A stretch of DNA of 64,000 nt from Spirochaetaceae bacterium. Lineage in GTDB: Bacteria; Spirochaetota; Spirochaetia; DSM-27196; PXBQ01. The notes beneath the pieces are model-generated. The model was not told where the DNA came from. It searched no databases and was given only the letters and a program-made list of their open reading frames with translations. The DNA lies in contig REEC01000117.1 in assembly GCA_007695285.1 (NCBI GenBank), positions 17,431-81,430 on the forward strand, in the 5' to 3' direction. The position numbers were made by a program, and so were the translations under genes. Positions 1-9,626 of this stretch are shown one piece after another. How positions within the stretch are numbered: the first letter of the stretch is position 1; every line of letters begins with the position of its first letter.

Positions 1-481
1 GATTTTTCTCCAGGACACGACGCAGGTGATCGTCGATATCCTGTCGCGTTTCCGGTTTGAACAGTCGTTGTTCGATCACCGAAAAGAAGGAGAACTGAGC
101 CCCGACGAACTGTGCGCGTTAATGATCGACGCACAGAAGTCGACGTACGGCGACGCGCTCGACGCCGAGAAACTCCATCCGTATATGTGGGCTGTCAAGG
201 GACACTACTACCGACCCGAGCTGTCGTTCTACAACTTCCCGTACGCGTTCGGTCAGTTGTTCGGGCTCGCATTGTACGCGCAGTACGAGACTGACCCCGA
301 CGGATTCCCGGCGCGTTACCGGAAAATTCTCGAGCAAACCGGGTCGGCGTCGGCGGTTGAGGTGACGCGTGCGGCGGGTTTTGATATCGAGATGAAAGAT
401 TTCTGGCGCGCGGGCATCTCGTTTATCGAGCAGAAGGTGGACGAATTTTCACAGAACGTCGCCGCGACGGGTCGCTCATGA
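1..481 (+). CDS. pepF: M3 family oligoendopeptidase F, C-terminal part (truncated by window start)
   Basis: Frame open from position 2; M3B-type C-terminal motifs 'W..KGHYY...FYNFPYAFGQLF' and 'GS.....AGFDI...FW'; stop overlaps the gpsA ATG (ATGA at 478-481). Confidence 0.85.
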   Translation, partial: IFLQDTTQVIVDILSRFRFEQSLFDHRKEGELSPDELCALMIDAQKSTYGDALDAEKLHPYMWAVKGHYYRPELSFYNFPYAFGQLFGLALYAQYETDPDGFPARYRKILEQTGSASAVEVTRAAGFDIEMKDFWRAGISFIEQKVDEFSQNVAATGRS

Positions 482-1527
482 AAAAGGTCGGGATCCTCGG
501 CGCCGGAGCATGGGGCACGGCGATCGGGAAGGGCATCGCGGAGAACGGACACGACGTCGAGATCTGGTCGTTCGAGCAGCCGGTTGCGGACGACATTAAC
601 GGGCACCACACGAACGCGCTCTACCTTCCGGACGTCGACCTGCCGGAAAACCTGCGCGCGACGACGTCGATCCTCGAGGCGGCCACCGACAAGGACTATT
701 TGATTGTCGCAACTCCGTCGTTGTTTACGCTCGACGCGGTGAAAGCGGTCTTGACCGCTCCGAACATCGTCGAGGGAGAGACGCAAATCGGCGTCGTGAC
801 AAAAGGCTTCATAACGCAGAAGAAACGCGTACGGCTGATCGTCGAAACGCTCGAGGACTATCTCCCCGGGTTCTACAAAGGCAACATCGTGTACATCTCC
901 GGGCCGAGCCATGCCGAGGAGGTTGCCCGCGGGAAACTGACGGGGTTGATCAGCGCTTCGGCGAATCCCAAGAACAGCATCAGATTCCGACAGCTTCTTA
1001 ACTCACCGAGTGTCGTCGTGTTCTCGTCGCTCGACGTCATCGGCGTGCAGGTCTGCGCGGCGGTGAAGAATGTGATCGCGATCGCGTTTGGAATTCTCGA
1101 CGCACTCAAGGAACGGTCCGAACCGATTTTCGGCGACAATACCGAGTCTCTGTTGCTCGCGGCCGGATTGAACGAGATCCAAAGTATCGGCATCGCGCTC
1201 GGTTCGACGCACCCGGAGACGTTCACGTCGATCGCGGGCGTTGGAGACCTCGACGTAACGTGCCGGAGCCCGTACGGGCGCAATCGTCGTTTTGGTCGCG
1301 ACGTCGTGTTAAAAAAAGTCATCGAACCGTACGGCACCATTCAGGAGGTTCAGGGCTCGATCAAGACACTCGGCTACCTTCCCGAGGGGTTGTTCGCGGT
1401 CCAGGCGGCGCGCGAATTAGCCGAGAAACATCGGCTCAAACTCAGGATCGTCGGCGGTGTGTACCGAATTCTCAACCGTGAGGCCGAACCGGACGACGAA
1501 ATCCGCCGGATCCTTACGACGCGATAA
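478..1527 (+). CDS. gpsA: NAD(P)H-dependent glycerol-3-phosphate dehydrogenase
   Basis: GAGAWG Rossmann motif, 'ISGPSHAEEV', 'KNVIAIA', 'GVGDLDVTC.S...RNRRFG'. Confidence 0.95.
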   Translation: MKKVGILGAGAWGTAIGKGIAENGHDVEIWSFEQPVADDINGHHTNALYLPDVDLPENLRATTSILEAATDKDYLIVATPSLFTLDAVKAVLTAPNIVEGETQIGVVTKGFITQKKRVRLIVETLEDYLPGFYKGNIVYISGPSHAEEVARGKLTGLISASANPKNSIRFRQLLNSPSVVVFSSLDVIGVQVCAAVKNVIAIAFGILDALKERSEPIFGDNTESLLLAAGLNEIQSIGIALGSTHPETFTSIAGVGDLDVTCRSPYGRNRRFGRDVVLKKVIEPYGTIQEVQGSIKTLGYLPEGLFAVQAARELAEKHRLKLRIVGGVYRILNREAEPDDEIRRILTTR

Positions 1528-1538
1528 AAACGTACTGC

Positions 1539-1567
1539 TGGACATCGGGATGGGTTTCTGGTACCTT
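1539..1567 (+). promoter_or_regulatory. sigma70-type promoter for tRNA-Cys
   Basis: TGGACA (1539-1544), 17-nt spacer, TACCTT (1562-1567) with TGn extension; ends 16 nt upstream of the tRNA. Confidence 0.5.
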
Positions 1568-1583
1568 TGACTTATACTTACGC

Positions 1584-1655
1584 GGCGCCGTACCCAAGTG
1601 GTAAGGGAGAGGTCTGCAAAACCTTTATGCACCGGTTCGAATCCGGTCGGCGCCT
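1584..1655 (+). tRNA. tRNA-Cys (anticodon GCA), CCA not encoded
   Basis: Acceptor stem GGCGCCG/CGGCGCC with U discriminator, D-arm CCAAGTGGTAAGG, anticodon loop CT-GCA-AA (GCA at 1616-1618), T-arm GGTTCGAATCC. Confidence 0.96.
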
Positions 1656-2157
1656 ATCCCGTAAAACGCCGGACAAACCGAGTCAGCTGTTGAAGATTCG
1701 CGCGCACAAAAACCGACGCGTACACGGTCACAATGACTCCTAACGCGACCGCGGTCGCGACACCGACTCCCCCGACGCCACGAAACTCCCGAGCCGACGC
1801 GATGTACGGCGTCATACCGATACCGAAAAGCAGCGCGACCCCCCCAAGCACCCAATTGCGCATCTGCAGTCCTGGGGTGTAGTCGCGATTCGCTTCGGAT
1901 GTCTCGAGAGTACTAGTGGCCGGCAGCCGCCACACGACCGACTCCATAATCCTGTCGATATGGCGGGACGAGTCGAGCGGAGCGTCGTTATCGGCTCCTG
2001 CGGGAGCCACATGTCTGAGCGACTCGAGCGCCGAGGTGAAACGGTGCCACTCGCGGCGACATTTCTCGCACGACTCCAGATGATGTACCAGGTTCTGATC
2101 GGGCGATTCGCCCTGATCGAGTGTTATCAAACGGTCGATCGCTTCTCTACATTCCAT
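1654..2157 (-). CDS. zinc-finger (ZAS / zf-HC2) anti-sigma factor with two C-terminal TM helices
   Basis: N-terminal 'MEC...HLESCEKC' HxxxCxxC motif; hydrophobic C-terminus; directly downstream of an ECF sigma factor. Confidence 0.8.
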   Translation of the reverse strand: MECREAIDRLITLDQGESPDQNLVHHLESCEKCRREWHRFTSALESLRHVAPAGADNDAPLDSSRHIDRIMESVVWRLPATSTLETSEANRDYTPGLQMRNWVLGGVALLFGIGMTPYIASAREFRGVGGVGVATAVALGVIVTVYASVFVRANLQQLTRFVRRFTG

Positions 2158-2740
2158 CGTTCATCTCCGCCGCCGTGCCTTCGAGCGCCCGGCGCAGTCG
2201 TTTCTTCGCGCGCAAGACGTGCGACTTGATCGTGTTCACCGGCATTCCGGTGGTCTGCGCGATCTCCTCGTACGTCAGCCCATCGTAAAAAAAAAGCTCG
2301 ATACATCGCCCCGGAATACTCGGAAGCTCCGCGACGGCCTCGTTCACGGCGCGACGCGCCGCCGATCGCATCGTCTGTTCGATCGGTCCGGGAGCCGGAT
2401 CCGCGGGTTCGGGGTCGTACCCGGTCACGTCGCGTGGACGCGACGTGATACGATCGACCGCGAGGTTGTACGCGAGGCGCATGAGCCACGAGTAAAACCG
2501 ACCTCGCCCGCCGAACTGCCCGAGCCGCGTGTACGACTTCACGAAGACGTCCTGCACGTAGTCCTGTACGTCTTCGTGCAGACGGAGGAACCGCCGCCCC
2601 ATCCGGTACACGGGAGCGTAGTAACGCGTCACGAGAACACGAAAGTCGCTGGTACTCCCGGTCAATACGCGCGAAATCACCTGCTCGTCGGGCTGCATAT
2701 CGGGCGGCGCATCGTGAATGTCACCGGCGTCCGGGTTCAC
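2147..2740 (-). CDS. ECF (sigma70 group 4) RNA polymerase sigma factor
   Basis: Region 2 'DVQDYVQDVFVK...FYSWLMRLAYN'; region 4 'LTYEEIAQTTGMPVNTIKSHVLRA'. Confidence 0.93.
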   Translation of the reverse strand: MNPDAGDIHDAPPDMQPDEQVISRVLTGSTSDFRVLVTRYYAPVYRMGRRFLRLHEDVQDYVQDVFVKSYTRLGQFGGRGRFYSWLMRLAYNLAVDRITSRPRDVTGYDPEPADPAPGPIEQTMRSAARRAVNEAVAELPSIPGRCIELFFYDGLTYEEIAQTTGMPVNTIKSHVLRAKKRLRRALEGTAAEMNDGM

Positions 2741-2743
2741 GCG

Positions 2744-3085
2744 TCACTCCCGGTTCGCCTTCCGACGGATCATAAAAAACGTCAATAATGCGACTCCCAC
2801 GCCAAGGGGAATCAAGCCTCCGAGTACCGCGAACGGACCCGCCGGGCTCGCGATGAAAAAAACCGTCAAAAGAATACCGAGAATACCGGCGAGCAGCCCG
2901 GTCAGAAGGCTGAACACCTCGAGGTCGAACACGGCCGACGGACGGATTCCCCGCTCGATCATTTTGATTTTCTCGCGGTGTTGCCACAGCAAGTAAAAAA
3001 AGATAATGGTGCTACCCATCACGATCCCGACAATCGGAATCACCGCTATTACGACGTGCGCCGCGGTCGTCGGCTCCGATACCAT
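2744..3085 (-). CDS. small 3-TM membrane protein (DUF6249-like), in the ECF operon
   Basis: Three hydrophobic segments, 'HREKIKMIERG' motif after TM1, strong SD AAGGAGG. Confidence 0.65.
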   Translation of the reverse strand: MVSEPTTAAHVVIAVIPIVGIVMGSTIIFFYLLWQHREKIKMIERGIRPSAVFDLEVFSLLTGLLAGILGILLTVFFIASPAGPFAVLGGLIPLGVGVALLTFFMIRRKANRE

Positions 3086-3112
3086 GGCTCCTCCTTCAGC
3101 CGAATCGATCGA

Positions 3113-4744
3113 TTAACCAGACCGGTCGATCGACGGTTCCAACATTTCGGGTAGTGTATCAGCGGCACGCCGTTCGTTCCAGTCGCGGACATTACCCCGC
3201 GCCCTGCCGCGTCTCACGCGAGCGCCCTCGGGCGGGAACGCTTCTCTGGTGACGACCATGTAGTGGTGCGCTTGCACGGCCATCGTCACGACGCGCACGA
3301 CCAGATCCGGCCGTTTTGCGGCGCCGCGAATAATGTACGACAGGTACGAGAGCCCGTACCGCGAGAACGTCTGGTACGCGAGTGACCTCAAGAGCGCGGT
3401 CAGCTCGCGCACGCGGATCGGGCGCCTCATCGTGTGCGCGGTTCGCTGTTCGCGCGGCGGATAGATCGAGAGAAGCTTCAGACATCGCGCAAAGTACCGG
3501 CGCGGCTCGTAGACCGTCTGCAAGACACGGCGATACCCGGCGATCAAGGTCTCGGCGGGTAGTTTCGGCACAAAATTGAGCGCGGCTCCCGAGGTATTGT
3601 TCCCGGTCGACGTCGCGAGCATTCTTCCCTCGCGGCTCAATCGGTCATACAGACGCGTGTTCGGCAGAGCCATCAGGAGGCCGATCATCGCGGTGGGTAT
3701 CGCGAGTTCATCGATGAACTCGATCTGCCGGTCGAAGATATCGGGAGGGTCGGAGTCGAACCCGATGATGAATCCACCGGTCACCTCGATCCCGGCTCTC
3801 TGGATCTTGCGGATCCCGATGCGGACATCCTCGCGCAGGTTCTGATGTTTTCCCGCGGACGTAAGTGACTCGGCGACCGGGCTCTCGATTCCGACGAACA
3901 CCATAGAGAAACCCGCCTTCACCATCAGCTTAAGCAAGTCGTCGTCGTGCGCGAGATCGATACTCGCCTCGGTACAGAGCGTAAACGGAAACCCGTGCTC
4001 GTCTTGCCACCCCGCGATATGTCGCAAAAGTTCCTTGACCCGTCGTTTGTTGCCGATGAAGTTGTCATCGACGATGAACATCGACCCGGTGAAACCGGTC
4101 GCGTACGCCGCGTCCATCTCCGCGAGAAAGCGTTCGGGCGGTTTGGTACGTGGTTTGCGACCGAACAGGTGAACGATGTCGCAGAACTCGCAGTCGAACG
4201 GACATCCCCGCGAGAACTGAACCGGCACGGTATCGTACAGCGACATATCGAGCAGATCAAAGCGCGGTACGGGACACGTGCGCAGGTCCGGTTTTTCAGG
4301 TGAGCGGTACATCGCTTGCGGTGTACCGGCGTCCCAGTCCGCGAGGAATCGCGGCAGCGTCACTTCTCCCTCGTCGAGCACAAAATGGTCCACGCCTTCG
4401 ATCTCGTCGGAACACGAGCTCGGGTACGGGCCACCCGCGGCGACCGGGACGCCGAGCCGTCGACATCGACGAATCACGTCCTCCATCGACTCTTTCTGGA
4501 CGATCATCGCCGAGATCATCACAAGGTCTGCGGCCGCAATATCTTCATCACGCAGAGGTCCGACGTTCATGTCGACAATACGCGCCGAAATGTTCTCCGG
4601 CAGTAACGCCGCGACCGTGACGAGGCCGAGGGGCGGCATGAGCGCGCGCTTTCCGATAAACTTCAGGACGTGTTTGTAACTCCAGTACGTCTCGGGCATT
4701 CTCGGCGAGACGAGCAGGAACTTCGAGCCGGCATTTTTTTTCAT
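3113..4744 (-). CDS. B12-binding radical SAM enzyme (class B methylase-like, DUF4070 type)
   Basis: 'PPLGLVTVAALLP' and 'GGPY' cobalamin-domain motifs; CxxxCxxC 'SRGCPFDCEFC'; 'FIVDDNFIGN'. Confidence 0.9.
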   Translation of the reverse strand: MKKNAGSKFLLVSPRMPETYWSYKHVLKFIGKRALMPPLGLVTVAALLPENISARIVDMNVGPLRDEDIAAADLVMISAMIVQKESMEDVIRRCRRLGVPVAAGGPYPSSCSDEIEGVDHFVLDEGEVTLPRFLADWDAGTPQAMYRSPEKPDLRTCPVPRFDLLDMSLYDTVPVQFSRGCPFDCEFCDIVHLFGRKPRTKPPERFLAEMDAAYATGFTGSMFIVDDNFIGNKRRVKELLRHIAGWQDEHGFPFTLCTEASIDLAHDDDLLKLMVKAGFSMVFVGIESPVAESLTSAGKHQNLREDVRIGIRKIQRAGIEVTGGFIIGFDSDPPDIFDRQIEFIDELAIPTAMIGLLMALPNTRLYDRLSREGRMLATSTGNNTSGAALNFVPKLPAETLIAGYRRVLQTVYEPRRYFARCLKLLSIYPPREQRTAHTMRRPIRVRELTALLRSLAYQTFSRYGLSYLSYIIRGAAKRPDLVVRVVTMAVQAHHYMVVTREAFPPEGARVRRGRARGNVRDWNERRAADTLPEMLEPSIDRSG

Positions 4745-4799
4745 GGCTACCCTTTCTCGTTTAGACGGAAAAGAGTCGGTCAGGGTTGCAGAGGATCGG

Positions 4800-5393
4800 T
4801 CAATTCTCGCTCGACGTCGCGAGAACGTAGAACCGAAGCGCAGCGAGCATGATCGCGTGGCGGTCGAACTCCTCTACAGCGCCGCGCAGAACATCGTCGA
4901 CCGGGATACGTTCGACGTCGACGATCTCGTTTGCGTCGAGATCCTGCCCGGTTGCAGGGCGCGCGGCAGTCGCGAAAAACGTGTGACACGTATTCGTCAT
5001 GAACGCGGGATTGGGGTTGGTCCGTCCAATGCGCCGGACGGACTCCGCGGTGTAACCGGTTTCTTCACGCAACTCGCGTACCGCGGCGGTCTCGGGAGCT
5101 TCACCGGGGTCGACGATCCCACCCGGAAACTCGAGCGTGAGTGCCTCGCCACCTTGACGAAACTGTCGTACCATCAGAAAACAGGCACGGCCCGCCTCAT
5201 CGTGCACAACGGCGATCACGTTGACCCAGTCGGGTGCGTTTACGAGCATGTACTCCGACGTTCGACCGTCCGGCGCCGTCTTCTTCGATCGCTCAAGAGT
5301 GAAAATTTTGCCGTCGACGACTTTCTCGCGCGACGTTTCGGTCCAGTACAGATGCGAGTACTCATGGGTGCCCGCAGTTTTTTTGTCGTTCAT
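4800..5393 (-). CDS. NUDIX hydrolase (ADP-ribose pyrophosphatase-like)
   Basis: Nudix box 'GGIVDPGEAPETAAVRELREETGY'; start placed at ATG 5393 (MNDKK). Confidence 0.9.
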   Translation of the reverse strand: MNDKKTAGTHEYSHLYWTETSREKVVDGKIFTLERSKKTAPDGRTSEYMLVNAPDWVNVIAVVHDEAGRACFLMVRQFRQGGEALTLEFPGGIVDPGEAPETAAVRELREETGYTAESVRRIGRTNPNPAFMTNTCHTFFATAARPATGQDLDANEIVDVERIPVDDVLRGAVEEFDRHAIMLAALRFYVLATSSEN

Positions 5394-5442
5394 ACGGTGC
5401 CAACGATACACCGATCGCGCGATGAGCGCCATACCCCACGAA

Positions 5443-5482
5443 TGCGTTCAGTCACGGTTTTCTGCGTTCAGTCACGGTTTTC
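5443..5482. repeat. perfect 20-bp tandem duplication TGCGTTCAGTCACGGTTTTC x2
   Basis: Copies at 5443-5462 and 5463-5482, in the divergent nudix/cyclase intergenic region. Confidence 0.9.
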
Positions 5483-5619
5483 GCGCGTATCCGATATGTG
5501 CGTCCGATAATTGCGTGTTTTTCCTGACCGGCATTGTCGTATTTGGGATTTTGATTTATTCTAACGGTACAGATACCGCGTCGACGCGCGGTTTGGAATT
5601 CCGTTCGCGTGAGGTCGAG

Positions 5620-7278
5620 ATGAGCATACGTGTCAAGACGATTCTGATCGTTCTTCCGCTCCTGGTCGTGACTCTGATCATCGCGGGAACCTCCTCGTAC
5701 TTCATCGCGACCACGGGGATCACGCGCGTCACTGTCGATTTCTTCGACTTCAAAACGGCGGAACTCGAACGGTACATCGAGAGCCAGTGGCAGTTGTTAG
5801 TCGAAAACGAGTTGTCCGATCGTCCGGAGATGGTCGGCGCGGCGCAGGCCGGCATCGAAGTCTACGCTCAAGGCATAATCAGGAGCGAGAGCGAGGTCAT
5901 CTTCGCGGTCAACAGCGACGGCGAAATCGTGCTCGCAACGTCTGATATCGAGCCGACCCCCGAAGAGACACCGATTCTTCAACGACGAGCCGCTCTCGGC
6001 GAACGTGACCTTGCGACTCTTCCAATCGGCGGCGTCGGCCGCGTTACGATGGGGTTCCCGTTTGAGCCGTTTGGATGGTACGTGCTCGTGACCGACGAAC
6101 GCGACGCATTTTACAGCGACGTCGACCGGATCACGTATCAAACGCTCTACCTGGTGCTGATCGCGTCGATCGTTTCCACCGTGCTGCTTCTCGTATTCGT
6201 GAGGTACATCACCGGACCGTTGATGCGCGTCGTCGGCGCGATGAAACGGATCATCACCGAGAACGACCTCTCGGCGCGCGTCGGAATCGCGTACCGCGAC
6301 GAGATCGGCGAGATGTCGAACACGTTCAACATCATGATCGGCGAGCTCGACCGCGCGTACGGCCGGATTAAACAGTACGCGTTCGAGGCGGTGCTCGCGC
6401 AGAAGCGCGAATCGAAAATCCGCAGGATATTCCAGAAGTACGTTCCTCAGGACCTCATCGACCGTTTCTTCGCGAACCCGGAGTCGATGTTGGTCGGTGA
6501 GAACCGCGAGCTCTCGATCCTGTTCTCGGACATCCGGAGCTTCACGACGATCTCCGAGGCGATGGCTCCGGATGATCTCGTGAACTCCTTGAACCGGTAC
6601 TTCTCGATCATGGTCGACATCATCATGAATCGGAACGGCATCATCGACAAGTACATCGGAGACGCGATCATGGCTTTCTTCGGAGCGCCGGTTCACCACG
6701 ACGACGACTGCCTGCAATCGGTGTACGCCGGAATCGAGATGAGCGACGCGGTAGCCCGGTTCAACGAGGAACAGGTTCGATTGGGCAAACCCGAGTTTCA
6801 TATCGGCATAGGAATCAGTTTTGGTGAGGTGACCGTCGGGAATATCGGCACCGAACGCAAGATGGACTATACGGTGATCGGCGACATGGTGAACCTCGCG
6901 TCGCGTCTCGAGGGACTGACAAAGGTGTACAGGCAGCCGCTCCTGTTCTCCGAGACCGTGCACGAAAGAATCGCGAACGACGTTCCGTGCCGGCTGCTCG
7001 ACTCGGTCGCCGTGAAAGGCAAGACGAAAGGCGTGAAGATCTTCACCGCGAGACAATCTTTGACACCCGAGATAGAGAAAGCCTGGAAAGCCCACAACGA
7101 CGCGATGGAACTGTACTACGCGCGGTCGTTCTCCGAAGCCGCGCGCGAGTTCGAGCGGGTTGGGCAGATGCTCGGAGAAGACTTTGCCTCCGAGATGATG
7201 AGGCAGCGGTGCGTGGAGTACGCGGATGCGCCGCCGCCGGAGAACTGGGACGGCGTCGAGGTCATGAAAACAAAATGA
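5620..7278 (+). CDS. class III adenylate cyclase: TM - periplasmic (Cache-like) - TM - HAMP - cyclase - TPR-like tail
   Basis: SD GAGGT before ATG 5620; HAMP 'ITGPL...DEIGEMSNTFN'; catalytic motifs 'FSDIRSFT', 'DKYIGDAIMAFFG', 'DYTVIGDMVNLASRLE'; the K and D specificity residues indicate ATP. Confidence 0.93.
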   Translation: MSIRVKTILIVLPLLVVTLIIAGTSSYFIATTGITRVTVDFFDFKTAELERYIESQWQLLVENELSDRPEMVGAAQAGIEVYAQGIIRSESEVIFAVNSDGEIVLATSDIEPTPEETPILQRRAALGERDLATLPIGGVGRVTMGFPFEPFGWYVLVTDERDAFYSDVDRITYQTLYLVLIASIVSTVLLLVFVRYITGPLMRVVGAMKRIITENDLSARVGIAYRDEIGEMSNTFNIMIGELDRAYGRIKQYAFEAVLAQKRESKIRRIFQKYVPQDLIDRFFANPESMLVGENRELSILFSDIRSFTTISEAMAPDDLVNSLNRYFSIMVDIIMNRNGIIDKYIGDAIMAFFGAPVHHDDDCLQSVYAGIEMSDAVARFNEEQVRLGKPEFHIGIGISFGEVTVGNIGTERKMDYTVIGDMVNLASRLEGLTKVYRQPLLFSETVHERIANDVPCRLLDSVAVKGKTKGVKIFTARQSLTPEIEKAWKAHNDAMELYYARSFSEAAREFERVGQMLGEDFASEMMRQRCVEYADAPPPENWDGVEVMKTK

Positions 7279-8558
7279 GAGACACGGCGCCCCCCCGAAA
7301 CCGGGTCCGATCGCGCACGCGTCGGCTTCTCGCGCTGTTCGGTATCACGGCGGCGATCGTCGCGTTCGGCGCCGCTCTTCCGCTTCCGGCGCAGTCGGCG
7401 GCCGACGATGCCCCCCGTCCGGCTCCGGTCACACTGATGTTCATGGGCGATCTCTCGGGCGAGCCGGCCCCCGGCCGGGTTCGCGACGTCGTTTTCGAGC
7501 GGCTGCGCGACAGGCTCGACTCGTTCGGATTTGACCTCGGTGTCGCCCCGGTTTTTGTCCATCGCCCGGAGAGCACCGATCTCGACCTGATCGATGTCAG
7601 AATCGGCAGTACGATCGGGACATCGGTCTCCAACGAGATCGATCTCGTCGTCGCGGCGTTTTATCGACTCGACGGCGATCAACTGGCTATTCAAATGACG
7701 TTGTACGATCCCCGCGAGAGAACGGTGCTCGGTGGTGTCTTTTCGCGCGCGCGGACGGGACTCACGATGTTCACGACGGTCGACCGCGCGATCGCCGAAA
7801 TCGACGACACGCTCGCCCGGTACATCGAAGAACGGTACGAGTATCGACCGCCGTCGGGTGTCGTCGATTCGATCGTCGTTCGATCGCCCGCGGAAGGGGC
7901 CGACGTTCTTTTTGCGGGTCGTAACGCCGGCCGCATCACGGGAGGGCGGCTGGACGTCCCGTATACGCCGTTTCCGGTCGGCACCGTCGTGCGCATCGAC
8001 GTACAGAAAGACGGGTATCACCCGGCCACTCATGCGGTCAGGCTGGAGTCCGAGGAGTTCGAGATCTCGCTGCCCGGCATCCGGCGAACGGGTCGGTACG
8101 CCGGGTACGTGCACTCGACGTACGGAGCGTTCCTGGGACTGGGAGTCGGTCTGCGCGTCTACGCCATCCCCGACCAGACGTTCATCGCGCTCGAGCAGTA
8201 CCGCTCGGTGCTCCCGGGTGACGGTCCGGGCAGGCGCGGCGTCGGGTTTACAGATCTCTCGGTCGCGGTCGGACAGTACCTCTTCCTTCCGCAAAGTTCG
8301 TTCATCCGGTTGAGTATATCGCTTGGGTTCGGCGCTATCGTCACAACAATAGCGTCGATCGAAGACGGCGATTTTGTCGATTATTATCTCGCGTTGCTGA
8401 ATCCCGCGGTCGAGCTCAACTTCGATTCGTGGATGCTCTTCGTGCGCCCCGAGGCGCGCTTCACGCTCGGGGCCGGCGATAACCTGCTCGGCCGCACGTG
8501 GATGCGCGTTCCGTTCGGGCTTCCGCCGATTACGTTAGGGGTCGTTCGCAGATGGTGA
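7275..8558 (+). CDS. exported protein: TolB-N/CsgG-like + PEGA-like + C-terminal beta-barrel (putative OMP)
   Basis: ATGA overlap with the cyclase stop; signal peptide 'LLALFG...LPAQ'; PEGA-like 'VRSPAEGADV...IDVQKDGY'; amphipathic beta-strands ending 'ITLGVVRRW'. Confidence 0.6.
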   Translation: MRDTAPPRNRVRSRTRRLLALFGITAAIVAFGAALPLPAQSAADDAPRPAPVTLMFMGDLSGEPAPGRVRDVVFERLRDRLDSFGFDLGVAPVFVHRPESTDLDLIDVRIGSTIGTSVSNEIDLVVAAFYRLDGDQLAIQMTLYDPRERTVLGGVFSRARTGLTMFTTVDRAIAEIDDTLARYIEERYEYRPPSGVVDSIVVRSPAEGADVLFAGRNAGRITGGRLDVPYTPFPVGTVVRIDVQKDGYHPATHAVRLESEEFEISLPGIRRTGRYAGYVHSTYGAFLGLGVGLRVYAIPDQTFIALEQYRSVLPGDGPGRRGVGFTDLSVAVGQYLFLPQSSFIRLSISLGFGAIVTTIASIEDGDFVDYYLALLNPAVELNFDSWMLFVRPEARFTLGAGDNLLGRTWMRVPFGLPPITLGVVRRW

Positions 8559-9625
8559 CAAAACGTGGGCGACGAAGTCGCCGGTTCATCTCGATCAAAG
8601 TTGCGTGGCTCACGATTGTGATCGTCGCAGCGACGGGATGCCAATTCCTTCTCTCGACGCCGTACCCTGGATACCTCGGCGAACTCCAGGCACTCTCGGA
8701 CGTCGCCCCGGTGCTCGACGACATTCTCCCGCGGGGAATGCGCGCACGATTCGAGATGCACGCCTTCGAGTTTCCGAGTCTCGCTTTTGCGCCCGATCGG
8801 CTCGGAGTCGTCGTGCTCGTGACGCCGATTGTCCCGGAAGACTACACGAGCGAGGGTCCGGCCCCGGTTCCCTACCTGATGTTCTTCGACGAGAATCTCC
8901 AGTTCCTCGGTCGAGTCGGCGAACCGGACGAGCTGCGGTATCTCGGCCGGCCGATCGGCATCGCGGCCGACGGAACGTTCTTCTCGGGCAGTTTGCCGAT
9001 CGATACCGATGAGTTCGAACCGCAGACCGAAGTGCCCAATCTCGGGATCACGGGTTTTGCGGTGACGTACGCCGCGAACACGTACCTGATCGCGACCCGA
9101 CCCGGCGCCGCGACGTCAGCGCACATCGTGTACAGGCGGTTCACCGACGCGTGGGTTCGAGAGGAAACGCCCGAATCTCTCGCGATTCTCCCACCCGCCG
9201 ACGACGAACAGCCCGCTCGAGAGTTCCGGCTCCTCAAGGCCGTTACGGTCGGCGAGGAAACTGAGGCCGAGTTCGAGTTTATGCTGCTCGAACCGGCCGA
9301 ACAGGCCGTGTACTTCGTCCGGCGGTCGGCCGCCGATTTTGCCGCGGGGCTCGGTTCCTCGCCCGGAGATACGCTGACAACGCGCGAGCAGCTCGGCCCG
9401 GCGATCGAGATCGGGACCGGCGTCGCGTATCACGTTCCCGATGGGCTCGCGCTGCGCAGACGCGACGGCTGGTTTGAGTACCTCAACCGCGACGGAAGTC
9501 GCGTAGCGCGCACCGCGGTCGAGCGCGCAACCGGAAGAGTGTTCGCGTTCAGTCCCGACGGCGCGCGGTTCTTCCGGTTCGATCCCGTCACGCGCAAACT
9601 TTCGGCGTACGGAACATGGTGGTGA
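8552..9625 (+). CDS. putative lipoprotein (beta-rich)
   Basis: Basic N-terminus, hydrophobic stretch and lipobox-like 'IVIVAATG-C'; overlaps the upstream gene; propeller-like 'FAFSPDG'. Confidence 0.55.
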   Translation: MVTKRGRRSRRFISIKVAWLTIVIVAATGCQFLLSTPYPGYLGELQALSDVAPVLDDILPRGMRARFEMHAFEFPSLAFAPDRLGVVVLVTPIVPEDYTSEGPAPVPYLMFFDENLQFLGRVGEPDELRYLGRPIGIAADGTFFSGSLPIDTDEFEPQTEVPNLGITGFAVTYAANTYLIATRPGAATSAHIVYRRFTDAWVREETPESLAILPPADDEQPAREFRLLKAVTVGEETEAEFEFMLLEPAEQAVYFVRRSAADFAAGLGSSPGDTLTTREQLGPAIEIGTGVAYHVPDGLALRRRDGWFEYLNRDGSRVARTAVERATGRVFAFSPDGARFFRFDPVTRKLSAYGTWW

Positions 9626-9626
9626 C

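Noticed and set aside
1573-1584. Possible leaderless tRNA (TATACT 5 nt before the mature 5' end)
   Set aside because: No matching -35 or TGn for that hexamer; a better promoter (TGGACA-17-TACCTT) lies just upstream.
5221-5619. Extended N-termini from the ORF track (cyclase from 5221; also 6987, 13318, 28909, 30527, 35989, 41833)
   Set aside because: They overlap neighbouring genes or promoters; downstream starts with SD, overlap or family-typical N-termini fit better.
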